DNA of 63,737 nucleotides, the filler included, from Acetivibrio sp. (GTDB lineage: Bacteria; Bacillota; Clostridia; Acetivibrionales; Acetivibrionaceae): the NCBI RefSeq assembly GCF_035371925.1. It is 5 parts of 5 records of this genome, joined end to end, with 100 filler letters (N's around TTAATTAATTAA, not from the genome) between each part and the next. Parts side by side here need not be neighbours in the genome. Positions count along the whole stretch, not along the records: positions 31,912 to 47,100 come from NZ_DAORXT010000070.1; positions 47,201 to 61,642 come from NZ_DAORXT010000073.1; 3 more parts are not named here. One strand, 5' to 3'. This document shows positions 40,454 to 49,511 of the stretch, one piece after another; position 1 is the stretch's first letter, and each line of letters begins with the position of its first letter. A model generated the notes under the pieces. The model had not been told where the DNA came from and did not search any database. It saw only the letters and a program-made list of their open reading frames with translations. A program made the position numbers and the translations under genes.

Positions 40454-40990
40454 TTAGGGGCATACCGGGAAATGCTGGATTTGCCCATTTATATGTTGAG
40501 TTATAAGCGCCAGATCAACGGAATTTACCGAACCGTCGCCATTTACATCTGCAGCAACATATTGTCTAAAGGTTAAAGTACCATTACCAATAAGGTAATT
40601 GCTAAGCAGGCTTTTGTCACTTGCTGTTACCAACTGATCTCCGTTAAGATCTCCATAATAAACTGTGTAAGTTTGGCCTGCGGGGAAAGAGGATATTTTT
40701 CCAAGAAGGTAGTCTCTGAGCAGATAATAATCAAGCATTGTAGAGCTAGAATCATAGTTCACATCTCCAGCTATATATTGTAATGGATTTGCGAACGGTA
40801 TGGCATAGTATACTTCATTATACAATAATGCAAGGTCTACAGAGTCGATTGTTCCGTCCAAGTTTACATCACCAATAATTACTGTTTTGCTGCATTGATG
40901 TCCTGCATATGCTGTCATAGAACCGCCTAATACTATCATGGCGATACCTAAAACTACCGTTAACAGTGCAACTTTCTTTTTCATACACAT
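40454..40990 (-). CDS. Secreted stand-alone double-dockerin protein, copy 1
   Basis: Signal peptide (AYA), four Ca-binding dockerin loops (GDVNLDG, GDVNYDS, GDLNGDQ, ADVNGDG), Cys near both mature termini, no catalytic domain. Confidence 0.88.
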   Translation of the reverse strand: MCMKKKVALLTVVLGIAMIVLGGSMTAYAGHQCSKTVIIGDVNLDGTIDSVDLALLYNEVYYAIPFANPLQYIAGDVNYDSSSTMLDYYLLRDYLLGKISSFPAGQTYTVYYGDLNGDQLVTASDKSLLSNYLIGNGTLTFRQYVAADVNGDGSVNSVDLALITQHINGQIQHFPVCP

Positions 40991-41119
40991 TCCCCTTTCT
41001 TTTCCTTTGTCTTTTGTTTTTTATTGAAGCCGGCCGACTATCAATCATTATATTGGAACTTCCCTTGGAAGATTTATTGCTTATACTCCGAACACAGAAC
41101 AGCTTGTCTTTCTAATATC

Positions 41120-41148
41120 ATTATATATTCAAAAAATTAACATGTCAT
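41120..41148 (-). promoter_or_regulatory. Putative sigma-A promoter, copy 1
   Basis: Minus strand ATGACA-17 nt-TATAAT. Confidence 0.6.
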
Positions 41149-41288
41149 GTTAGTTATTCCATTTTACGTTTTTTGACATGTTTTTTGCTTTCAATGAAAC
41201 AATTTGTTGACATTTTTTCAATAAAGCGACATGAATAGATTCTATTTTTATTGAAATTTTAAGTATCAAAACTGAATCCATATGCAGT

Positions 41289-41333
41289 AAAAATCCCCTC
41301 CGGACGAGGGTTTCAATCCGGAAGGGATTTTTT
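41289..41333 (-). terminator. Terminator of double-dockerin gene copy 2
   Basis: aaaaatcccctccgga...tccggaagggattttt. Confidence 0.75.
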
Positions 41334-41365
41334 ATGATGCTGCTGGTTATTTTATACTTTAGCCT

Positions 41366-41908
41366 TTAGTTTTGAGGGCATACCAGAAAATGCTCTATTT
41401 TGTCTTTCGCATGTGAGTTTATATATGATACATCAAGGGCATTTATAAATTGATCGCCATCTACATCTGCCGCAGCCAACTGTCTAAAAGTTAAAGGAGT
41501 TCTATTAAGAATGTGGTCGATAACTATTTCTTTATCATCTAATGTTACTAACTGGTCACCATTAAGGTCTCCATAATAAACCGTATAAAACTGGCCTGCA
41601 GGAAAAGAAGAAATATTTCTTAGAATGTAGTCTCTGAGCATGTTATAATCCTGCACTGTGATAGAACCATCATAGTCTACATCTGCAGCAACAAACTGCA
41701 ATAAGCTCGTAAACGGTTGTCCGTGATTGACATAACGACCCAAAATTGTAACGTCTAAAGCGTCAATTAAGCCGTCCAAGTTTACATCACCGATAATTAC
41801 CGTTTGATTGCATTGATGTGATGCGTATACTATCATTGAGCCGCCTAATACCATCATGGCAATACTCAAAGCTACCGTTAACAGTACAATTTTCTTATTC
41901 ATACACAT
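41366..41908 (-). CDS. Secreted stand-alone double-dockerin protein, copy 2 (start ATG 41908)
   Basis: RBS gggagg; signal peptide; four dockerin loops (GDVNLDG, ADVDYDG, GDLNGDQ, ADVDGDQ); HQC...VCP cysteines. Confidence 0.88.
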   Translation of the reverse strand: MCMNKKIVLLTVALSIAMMVLGGSMIVYASHQCNQTVIIGDVNLDGLIDALDVTILGRYVNHGQPFTSLLQFVAADVDYDGSITVQDYNMLRDYILRNISSFPAGQFYTVYYGDLNGDQLVTLDDKEIVIDHILNRTPLTFRQLAAADVDGDQFINALDVSYINSHAKDKIEHFLVCPQN

Positions 41909-42032
41909 TCTCCTCCCTTTTTCCTTTGCTTTTTGTTTTTTTATTGAAGCCGGCCGACTATCAATCAAAATTTATCTTGAAAGTTCCCTTGTTTATACTT
42001 CGAATAGAAAACATCTTTTCCTTCCCAAGATT

Positions 42033-42061
42033 ATTATATATTCAAAATTTTAGCACGTCAT
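42033..42061 (-). promoter_or_regulatory. Putative sigma-A promoter, copy 2
   Basis: Minus strand ATGACG-17 nt-TATAAT, colinear with copy 1. Confidence 0.55.
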
Positions 42062-42273
42062 GTTAATTGTACCATATTCTATATTTTGACATACTTTTTA
42101 ACTTTCAGTAAACAATGTGTTGCCATTTTTTATAATATAATATTTAATTATGTTAATTTAAACAAATTATGCACCTAAGTTATATATTTCCTTGTTTTTG
42201 TAAATAATATATAAATGCTTAAAGGTATTGAAAATACAAAAAAGGTTTATTTTTAAAGGAGTTTATCAATTAG

Positions 42274-43191
42274 ATGGCAACCGTTGGAATACCCAAAGGA
42301 TTATTTTACTTTGAACACCATGTGCTCTGGGAAAACTTCTTTTGCAATTTGGGTTGTAATGTTGAAGTGTCCGATGACACCAATAAAGAAATACTGGACT
42401 GGGGTGTAAAATACTGCAGCAATGAAACCTGTCTTCCCGTAAAGGTTTTTCACGGACATGTTTACAGTCTGAAAGACCGGGTGGATTATATATTCATACC
42501 CAGATATACAAGTGTTGATAAAAATGAGTATACCTGCCCCAAGTTTTGCGGACTTCCCGATATGACGCTGCTGAATTTGAAAAGGCAGATAAAGGTACTG
42601 GAAATTAAAATAAATGTGGATGCAAAACCCGAAGAAACCTTCAAAAGTCTTCGGGAAATCAGTAAAGCCTTAAAAGTCCGTTATCCCGATGTGGTTGAGG
42701 CTTTTAAAGCGGCACTGGAAACATACGACAACAGCCGAAGAAATACAGAAATATTTGAGGATCAAATAAATAGCAGCATTGGTAAGACTGTAATTTCATT
42801 ATTGGGGCATCCGTACATGATTTACGACAGTTATCTTAATATGAAACTGATTGACAAGCTTAAAGCACGAAACATAACCGTTTTTACCCCCGGGGACATT
42901 GACCGTGAAACCAAAAGGAAAAAAGCCTACCCCTTCGAAGGGAAAATCTTCTGGGATGTCGGCTTTGAACTTCTCGGAAGCGCCTTTACTTTTGCTTCAT
43001 CTCCGGCTGTCAGAGGAATAATATATCTTACTCCCTTTGCCTGCGGAGTTGACGCTTTTGTTTTGGAGTTTATCGAAAGGCGGCTTAAAGAGAAGTACAA
43101 TATTCCCCTTCTTAAGCTAACCATTGACGAGCATACGGGAGAAGCTGGTTTTGATACAAGGATTGAAGCATTTTTGGATATGATAGGGTGA
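42274..43191 (+). CDS. Acyl-CoA dehydratase activase-related protein (DUF2229-like)
   Basis: VGIPKGL, ETCLPVKVFHGHV, CPKFCGLPD, FACGVD, DEHTGEAGFDTRIEAFLDM. Confidence 0.8.
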   Translation: MATVGIPKGLFYFEHHVLWENFFCNLGCNVEVSDDTNKEILDWGVKYCSNETCLPVKVFHGHVYSLKDRVDYIFIPRYTSVDKNEYTCPKFCGLPDMTLLNLKRQIKVLEIKINVDAKPEETFKSLREISKALKVRYPDVVEAFKAALETYDNSRRNTEIFEDQINSSIGKTVISLLGHPYMIYDSYLNMKLIDKLKARNITVFTPGDIDRETKRKKAYPFEGKIFWDVGFELLGSAFTFASSPAVRGIIYLTPFACGVDAFVLEFIERRLKEKYNIPLLKLTIDEHTGEAGFDTRIEAFLDMIG

Positions 43192-43195
43192 TTAT

Positions 43196-44317
43196 ATGAA
43201 AATTACATTTCCCCATATGGGTGACTCATATATACCTGTAAAGGTACTGCTGGAAACTGCAGGAATTGACTATGTTATGCCACCGATTTTAGACCGAAGT
43301 CTATTAGAACAGGGTATACTGCACTCGCCTGAATTTGCCTGTCTTCCTTTTAAGACAATAATGGGCGATTTTATTTACGGCATTGAAAACGGGGCAGATT
43401 TGATACTTTTTGGCGGCGGCTGCGGCCAGTGCAGATTCGGCTACTTTGGAAAACTCCAGGCTGAAATATTAAAAAGTATCGGGTATAATGTGAATTTTAT
43501 TTATCTTGACCTTAGCAATATCTCTGTGAAAGAAGTGCTGGAAAAAATAAGGCCTCTCACAGAAGGAAAGAGCGTATTTGAGCTTTTGAAGGCAATATTT
43601 TATGCGACTAAGACAGTTTTTACGGTGGACAGGATAAACAGGCTGGCAAGGTTCACAAGGTGCCGCGAGATAAACAAGGGCGAAACGGACAGAATAATGT
43701 CCCAATTTCACAATAATATTCAGAAGGCCAAGGGTTATAAAAGTATAAACAGGATAATTCGTTCCACTGCAAGAAAGCTTAGAAAGATAGCCCTAGACAG
43801 AAAGTACAATCCGATTAGGATTTGCCTTGTGGGTGAAATATACGTTGCCGCCCATCCCAGTATAAATTTTGAAATAGAAAGAAAGCTTGGCAACATGGGC
43901 GTGGAAGTACACAACACCATGGGCATGAGCTTTTGGATTAAGGAGCATTTTATAAAGAAGCTTTTACCTTTTAGAATAAAAAACAAGAACCATGAAGCGG
44001 GAAAAGAGTTTATGAATACCGATGATATCGGAGGTCATGGTCTCAGCTCCATAGGTGCCTCCATAAGAAGTGCCAAAAAGGGATTTGACGGCGTTATCCA
44101 TATATACCCTTTCACCTGTATGCCTGAGATAATTGCTCAAAGCACCTTTAGCGAAGTGCAAAAGAAATACGGTATTCCAATTATTACACTGATAATTGAT
44201 GAAATGACCGGCGAAGCAGGTTATATGACAAGGCTTGAGGCATTTGTGGATATGATTGGGATGAGAAGGAAACCATCGTTTTCTCTAATTCCGACATTTT
44301 TTTCGCAAAAAATTTAA
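43196..44317 (+). CDS. 2-hydroxyacyl-CoA dehydratase/CoA-activase-related protein
   Basis: ITFPHMG, SPEFACLPFK, GCGQCRFGY, VGEIY, PFTCMPE, DEMTGEAGYMTRLEAFVD. Confidence 0.78.
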   Translation: MKITFPHMGDSYIPVKVLLETAGIDYVMPPILDRSLLEQGILHSPEFACLPFKTIMGDFIYGIENGADLILFGGGCGQCRFGYFGKLQAEILKSIGYNVNFIYLDLSNISVKEVLEKIRPLTEGKSVFELLKAIFYATKTVFTVDRINRLARFTRCREINKGETDRIMSQFHNNIQKAKGYKSINRIIRSTARKLRKIALDRKYNPIRICLVGEIYVAAHPSINFEIERKLGNMGVEVHNTMGMSFWIKEHFIKKLLPFRIKNKNHEAGKEFMNTDDIGGHGLSSIGASIRSAKKGFDGVIHIYPFTCMPEIIAQSTFSEVQKKYGIPIITLIIDEMTGEAGYMTRLEAFVDMIGMRRKPSFSLIPTFFSQKI

Positions 44318-44869
44318 AATTTTTTATAAAAACACTAAAGTAGTTCCGCTTTTTACTCGATATTATTCGTGTACAAATTAATACTCCCCTATAAAACCCG
44401 TTACATTTTCCCTTCTATTTTGAAATGTACGGGCCTTTTTTTTGCCTATTTTTCATTCTTGTTTCCCTCTTCACTGTGTTTTATTATAAAGCACTAAAAT
44501 CAACCGCTATTATAAAGAATAATAAATTAACATACAATAAAAATGTATCAAAATTAAATAAGTGCTTAAACACATCCTTGAAAAATTGTTTGCTTAATAT
44601 TATAATAAAAGCAAGTATAGATGTTTGCGGAGCATACTAAAACCGTCTTAATAAAACTGAGAGCAATCTCCGTTTTATATTGTTGTTTAGAATTTTATAT
44701 ATTAAAAATCAAAAATCTCTTCCGTGGCAAAAATTGCAAAAACAGTATCCAAGGAAGAGATTTTTTATTTGCAAAAAAGACGGTTGTATATCATCCTAAA
44801 TGGCCATTTCATGTAAAGCCTTGTTTATGTATAATACCCGGCGAAATTATTTGCACTCCATCTGAAATT

Positions 44870-45118
44870 TCAACCTTCCTTGCCCTTTTCCACAAAAACT
44901 GTAAATGTACCATCCTCATTATTCACAACATCAAGAACTTTATGACCCTCTTCCTTGAAACTTCTTGGCACATTCAAAATAGGTTCTCCCTCATTCATCT
45001 TAATTTCAAGAATTTGCCCTTCCTCAAGCTCTTCTATAGCGACCTTTGCCTTCACAAAAGTCATGGGGCAAACAACATCAGTAATATCAACAAAACCATC
45101 CGCTTTAAAGTTGCTCAT
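44870..45118 (-). CDS. TusA/SirA family sulfur-transfer protein (start ATG 45118)
   Basis: DITDVVCPMTFVKAK..EGQILEI; RBS ggagg. Confidence 0.85.
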   Translation of the reverse strand: MSNFKADGFVDITDVVCPMTFVKAKVAIEELEEGQILEIKMNEGEPILNVPRSFKEEGHKVLDVVNNEDGTFTVFVEKGKEG

Positions 45119-45168
45119 ATTTTTTCCTCCATTCCAGCGGTCCTTTATCCACATAAAATACTCAATAA

Positions 45169-46041
45169 TCACACCGCTTCCAATAGCTCTACAAGCCTGT
45201 TTTTCAACAAGTCCCAGCCTACCCTGTCCAGTGTATTTCCAAATCTTTCACCGGGTTTTCCATGCTCCTCAAAAAACGCCAAAGTGGCTTCAATAACCTT
45301 ATGTAAATCTTCCTTTGAGAAAAGGATAGGCAAAAGCTGCCTTCCGATTGATATTCTATTGCCAAACAATCCCCCAAAGTACAATATGAATCCACTTTTC
45401 CCTTCCCATGCACTTGTAGGACAAACCTTAACACATTTACCGCAATAGATACAGTCCTTTTCATTGAAAGCTAACTCTTTTTCCTGCTTTTTCACCTCAA
45501 TAACTTTAGCAGGACAAACTGCCTGACACAATCCACAGTAAATACATTTATCCTCAGCCCAAGCAGGCTTCATTCCGCCTTTAACCCCAAGGTCATTTTC
45601 CTCTGCCTTCAAGCAATTATTTCTGCAGCCGGTAATCCCCAGCTTAAACTTATGGGGCAATTCCCGGGCATAATACCTTTCATCAAATTCCTCGGCAAGC
45701 TCCGTTGTATTAATGAGCCCGCTGGGACAAATGGCAGACCCTTGGCATGCAGTAATGGTCCTTACCCTTGGTCCGCACGCACCGGGCTGTAAACCTGCTT
45801 GCGCAAGTTCCTTCTTAACAGCATCAATATCTTGAAGCTTTATAAACGGAATTTCAATACTCTGCCTTGAAGTCAAATGGACATATCCTGCACCGTACTT
45901 TTCCGCTATTTCATTCACCTTTGCAAGTTGCTCCGCTTTTATTTGACCTCCAACAATTCTTAAGCGCAGTGAAAAGCGGTCCTTGTCAACCTGCTTCATA
46001 AATCCGCCTTTTTTCAGCTCTTTATAATCCACATTTGCCAC
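45169..46041 (-). CDS. Sulfite/nitrite reductase-like protein with 2x[4Fe-4S] ferredoxin domain
   Basis: HLTSRQ, CQGSAIC, GITGCRNNC siroheme-FeS motif, two CxxCxxCxxxCP. Confidence 0.85.
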   Translation of the reverse strand: MANVDYKELKKGGFMKQVDKDRFSLRLRIVGGQIKAEQLAKVNEIAEKYGAGYVHLTSRQSIEIPFIKLQDIDAVKKELAQAGLQPGACGPRVRTITACQGSAICPSGLINTTELAEEFDERYYARELPHKFKLGITGCRNNCLKAEENDLGVKGGMKPAWAEDKCIYCGLCQAVCPAKVIEVKKQEKELAFNEKDCIYCGKCVKVCPTSAWEGKSGFILYFGGLFGNRISIGRQLLPILFSKEDLHKVIEATLAFFEEHGKPGERFGNTLDRVGWDLLKNRLVELLEAV

Positions 46042-46460
46042 TATGTTTCCTCCCCCACAATAGACAACTCTTCCTCTGTCACATGTCCTGATGAAATATT
46101 AAAGCTCTTTAGTACCGGTGTATCGTCTTTTAGCGATAATATCAAGTAACTTGCCTTTGGGTCAAAGGCAAGCCTTATATCCTCTTCCGACGGACGGGAT
46201 GGCGTTGCCGGATGACTGTGAAAGTTTCCCAGAAGCTCCCAACCATTATTTCTCATATCCTTAATTGCTGCAAACTGTTCCCTTGGATTCATTGAAAAAT
46301 GCTCCGGACTTTCATCTATGTTTCTTAGCGGATATACTTTCTCAACATATTTCACCCCGTTCTCTATTCTGCCTCCCAATAGCCCGCAAGCTTCATTAGG
46401 CAAAACACTGCGGGAATGGTCAAGTATCTCCCGGTACTGCTTTTTTGTCATAACAATCAT
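46041..46460 (-). CDS. JAB/MPN (Mov34) metallopeptidase, sulfur-carrier maturation type
   Basis: NEACGLL, FHSHP..PSRPS.ED JAMM motif. Confidence 0.88.
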   Translation of the reverse strand: MIVMTKKQYREILDHSRSVLPNEACGLLGGRIENGVKYVEKVYPLRNIDESPEHFSMNPREQFAAIKDMRNNGWELLGNFHSHPATPSRPSEEDIRLAFDPKASYLILSLKDDTPVLKSFNISSGHVTEEELSIVGEET

Positions 46461-46482
46461 GACCAGCCACCTCCAACATCCA

Positions 46483-47100
46483 TCAAGATTTCAAATCACA
46501 CACTGCCTGCTCATAATCTATAAGCTCTTTTATAGTAGGATTTTCACCGCAAACCTGACACCTTTTATTCTTTGGCAACTTAATCTTTCTAAACTCCATC
46601 GTAAGTGCATCATAGGTTAGAAGGTATCCCGTAAGCAATTCGCCAATGCCAAGTATGTATTTAATAGCTTCAGTTGCTTGAATAGTTCCAATAATTCCGC
46701 CCATTACTCCCAATACTCCAGCCTGTTTGCATGTGGGGACTTTATCCGGTGGCGGAGGATTTTCAAATATACATCTATAACATGGCCCCTTACCCGGAAC
46801 ATAAGTCATGGTCTGCCCTTGGAACCTTATAATCCCCGCATGGGAAAAGGGTTTTCCCATAAGTACACTGGCATCATTTATTAAAAACTTTGCAGGGAAA
46901 TTGTCGGTGCCGTCTATAATAAAATCATAATCCCTGTCCTTAATAATATCCCTTATATTGGCCGAACTTACCCACTCTTTATAAGTAACAACATCCACAT
47001 CGGGATTCATTTCATTGATGGTTTCCTTTCCCGATATCACCTTGGGTTTTCCCACATCCTTGGTCAGGTGAATAATCTGTCTTTGAAGATTTGAAAGCTC
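46483..47100 (-). CDS. ThiF/MoeB family adenylyltransferase, 5' end cut by the contig edge
   Basis: Frame open to the edge (ELSNLQRQI), DGTDNF, PCYRC, CKQAGVLG, RCQVC. Confidence 0.9.
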   Translation of the reverse strand, partial: ELSNLQRQIIHLTKDVGKPKVISGKETINEMNPDVDVVTYKEWVSSANIRDIIKDRDYDFIIDGTDNFPAKFLINDASVLMGKPFSHAGIIRFQGQTMTYVPGKGPCYRCIFENPPPPDKVPTCKQAGVLGVMGGIIGTIQATEAIKYILGIGELLTGYLLTYDALTMEFRKIKLPKNKRCQVCGENPTIKELIDYEQAVCDLKS

Positions 47101-47200
47101 NNNNNNNNNNNNNNNNNNNNNNNNNNNNNNNNNNNNNNNNNNNNTTAATTAATTAANNNNNNNNNNNNNNNNNNNNNNNNNNNNNNNNNNNNNNNNNNNN
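47101..47200. other. Artificial contig linker
   Basis: 44 N + TTAATTAATTAA + 44 N. Confidence 0.98.
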
Positions 47201-47202
47201 CT

Positions 47203-49323
47203 TTTACGCCTTTTTTTAGACTAAAAGATGTAAGTATAGGAATCAAACTCAATGTAATTATTACAAGTGTTCTTATAGTATCTTTGTCAGTAGTGATTTT
47301 TTACTCTTTTGGAATTGTAAGGAATATACTTGTTGAGCAGGCAAAGGACGGAACATTGCAGATTACAAAACAAGCCAATTCGAACATGAGAATGATCCTT
47401 GAGTCGGTGAATCAGGAAGCAACAGCTTTAAGCTGGAACGAACAAGTAGCGGATATTGCTTCTGAGTTGAACGGGACAGAGGATGCTGTTTTTCAAAGCA
47501 GATACGCAAGTCAGCTAAGAACAATAATGACCGATTTTAGAGAACAGAAAAGCAATTATTTTTACTCTATTATGTTTGTCTCAAATAATTACATAGCTTC
47601 AATTTCCGGACAACAGACAATAAATCCTAATGTAAAGATTCAGGAAGTTGAAAGCGTAAAAGCTTTTTTGGAAAGCGGCCTAAATTCAAAATGGTATGAT
47701 CCTTATGTGCAGGATTTTAAAATTCATCAGGATACCACCGGCTTATCCGGTAAAGTTATAACCTTGGCAAAGAATATTTATTCCACGACAAAAATAAAAA
47801 GCCAGGGGCAGTTGTTCTTCTATATCAACTATGAAAATTTAGGCAGGGTATTTAATGATGTGGATTTGTCTTATGATGGAGTTATGTATATTGTCGGAAA
47901 AAACAATAACATTGTAATGAATCCCTTGAGAAAAGAACATATGGGTTTATCGCTAAATGACCTAAGCAAAGAAGAGAGAAAGCAGAATTTTTATATTGAC
48001 GAAGAGATATATAGGAGGGTTAAATCAGAGCCAAGCGGGGCATTTACAACGAAGTTGCACGGTAAAAATGTGCTGATAACATTTTCATCAATAGATGAAA
48101 TTAGCGGTATAGAGCTGGGTTGGACTTTTGTAACTGTTACAGATGTCAGTAAGATTACGGAAAGTGTCAACAAAGTTTCGGCACAGGTAATAATTATCGG
48201 ATTGATTTGCTTGGCATTTGGAATATTCTTGTCTCAATATGTAAATAAAGATATTACAAAGAACATAAAGAAACTGGTAAAAACGATGGAGAAAGTAGGA
48301 AATGGTAATTTGTCAATAGAGTTTGATGTCGAAGAAAGAAAAGACGAAATCGGCAAGCTGGGCAAAAGTTTTGCAAAGATGATAAGCAACTTGAATGAAT
48401 TGATTATGAGTGTTAAACATGCTTCGGATGTCACGGTTGACGCGTCTACAAATGTATCCTCAAAGATTGAGGAGACATATGCTTCTATTGAACAAACGAA
48501 TGCTGTTTTGGAAGTTGTAAAAGATAAGAGTTTTCAGCAGGGTAAAATTGTAAAAGAAGGCGAGAAGCAGATAGCTTTAACTAAAGATGAAGTTAACCGT
48601 GCTAAGGATACTATGAAGGATGTGGATGCAATACTTTCCAAGTCCAAAGAAATTAGTGAGGATAATCGAATGTCGGTAAGTCTGTTGCATGAAATGTCTC
48701 AAAATATTAGAAGAGCTATGAATGAAATAGGTGCGGAATCTAAAGAGTTGATTGCAACTTCCAGGGAAATAACGAAATTTACAAGACAGATAAAAGAAAT
48801 TTCTGAGCAAACAAAATTGATTGCTTTAAATTCCGCTATTGAGTCGGCACGATTGGGAGCCCAGGGTAAAACCTTCCATTTACTGTCCGAAGAAACCAGA
48901 ACCTTGGCTTCAAAAACTAAAGACCTTTCCGGTAATATAGACCAGATAATTCAAAACCTTATTGAGAAAATCAACAATACCAACAAAGTTGTATTGAAGT
49001 TGGACAAGGTGGCTGAAAATACCGAGAATTCCGTAAGCAATGTAACGGAAAGCTTTGACAAGAATATTGAATTTTTAAACGACATAACATCCCATGTATC
49101 CGGAATAAAGCAGGTGTTTATACATATAGACAATTTTGTAAACGAAATAGTGTCTACCATAGAGTATATTAGTGCAAGCTCCGAGTCGAACATTCAAGAC
49201 ATATCTGATGTAAGCGAAGCAATGAACGAGCAGATGAAGTGTCAGGAATCGTTGCTGCAACTGACAGCCAACCTGCTGAACCTGTCGCAAGAGCTTAAGA
49301 GAAAAGCGGAGGAGATATCCTGA
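47203..49323 (+). CDS. Methyl-accepting chemotaxis protein, 5' end cut by the contig edge
   Basis: Frame open from the contig edge; TM-Cache-TM-HAMP; QTKLIALNSAIESARLGAQGKTF; paralog of 4884-7352. Confidence 0.88.
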   Translation, partial: FTPFFRLKDVSIGIKLNVIITSVLIVSLSVVIFYSFGIVRNILVEQAKDGTLQITKQANSNMRMILESVNQEATALSWNEQVADIASELNGTEDAVFQSRYASQLRTIMTDFREQKSNYFYSIMFVSNNYIASISGQQTINPNVKIQEVESVKAFLESGLNSKWYDPYVQDFKIHQDTTGLSGKVITLAKNIYSTTKIKSQGQLFFYINYENLGRVFNDVDLSYDGVMYIVGKNNNIVMNPLRKEHMGLSLNDLSKEERKQNFYIDEEIYRRVKSEPSGAFTTKLHGKNVLITFSSIDEISGIELGWTFVTVTDVSKITESVNKVSAQVIIIGLICLAFGIFLSQYVNKDITKNIKKLVKTMEKVGNGNLSIEFDVEERKDEIGKLGKSFAKMISNLNELIMSVKHASDVTVDASTNVSSKIEETYASIEQTNAVLEVVKDKSFQQGKIVKEGEKQIALTKDEVNRAKDTMKDVDAILSKSKEISEDNRMSVSLLHEMSQNIRRAMNEIGAESKELIATSREITKFTRQIKEISEQTKLIALNSAIESARLGAQGKTFHLLSEETRTLASKTKDLSGNIDQIIQNLIEKINNTNKVVLKLDKVAENTENSVSNVTESFDKNIEFLNDITSHVSGIKQVFIHIDNFVNEIVSTIEYISASSESNIQDISDVSEAMNEQMKCQESLLQLTANLLNLSQELKRKAEEIS

Positions 49324-49376
49324 TTTTTATTGCTACGGATTTTTGATTCGCTTTGACCGGTATTTACAGAAGCAGC

Positions 49377-49415
49377 AAACGGGAGTATCCTTTGAAAGGG
49401 TATTCCCGTTTTTTA
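49377..49415 (+). terminator. Rho-independent terminator after the MCP gene
   Basis: aaacgggagtatcc...gggtattcccgtttttt. Confidence 0.8.
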
Positions 49416-49458
49416 GATAGCGACTTAATAAAACAATAATATCGAAATTAATATAATT

Positions 49459-49490
49459 GTCCAACTTAAAGTTTGTCGCCGTATCGCATT
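49459..49490 (+). promoter_or_regulatory. Candidate sigma-I-dependent promoter of sigI-rsgI
   Basis: CTTAAA-14 nt-CGCA resembles the AAA-N13/14-CGWA sigma-I pattern. Confidence 0.45.
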
Positions 49491-49511
49491 AAATACATAG
49501 AGGTGGTTTAT

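Larger units (their letters stand above)
40372..42135. repeat. Tandem duplication of a ~915-bp unit (promoter, gene, terminator)
   Basis: Shared terminator, shared gccggccgactatcaatca, and colinear promoter; offset 913-918 nt. Confidence 0.85.
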
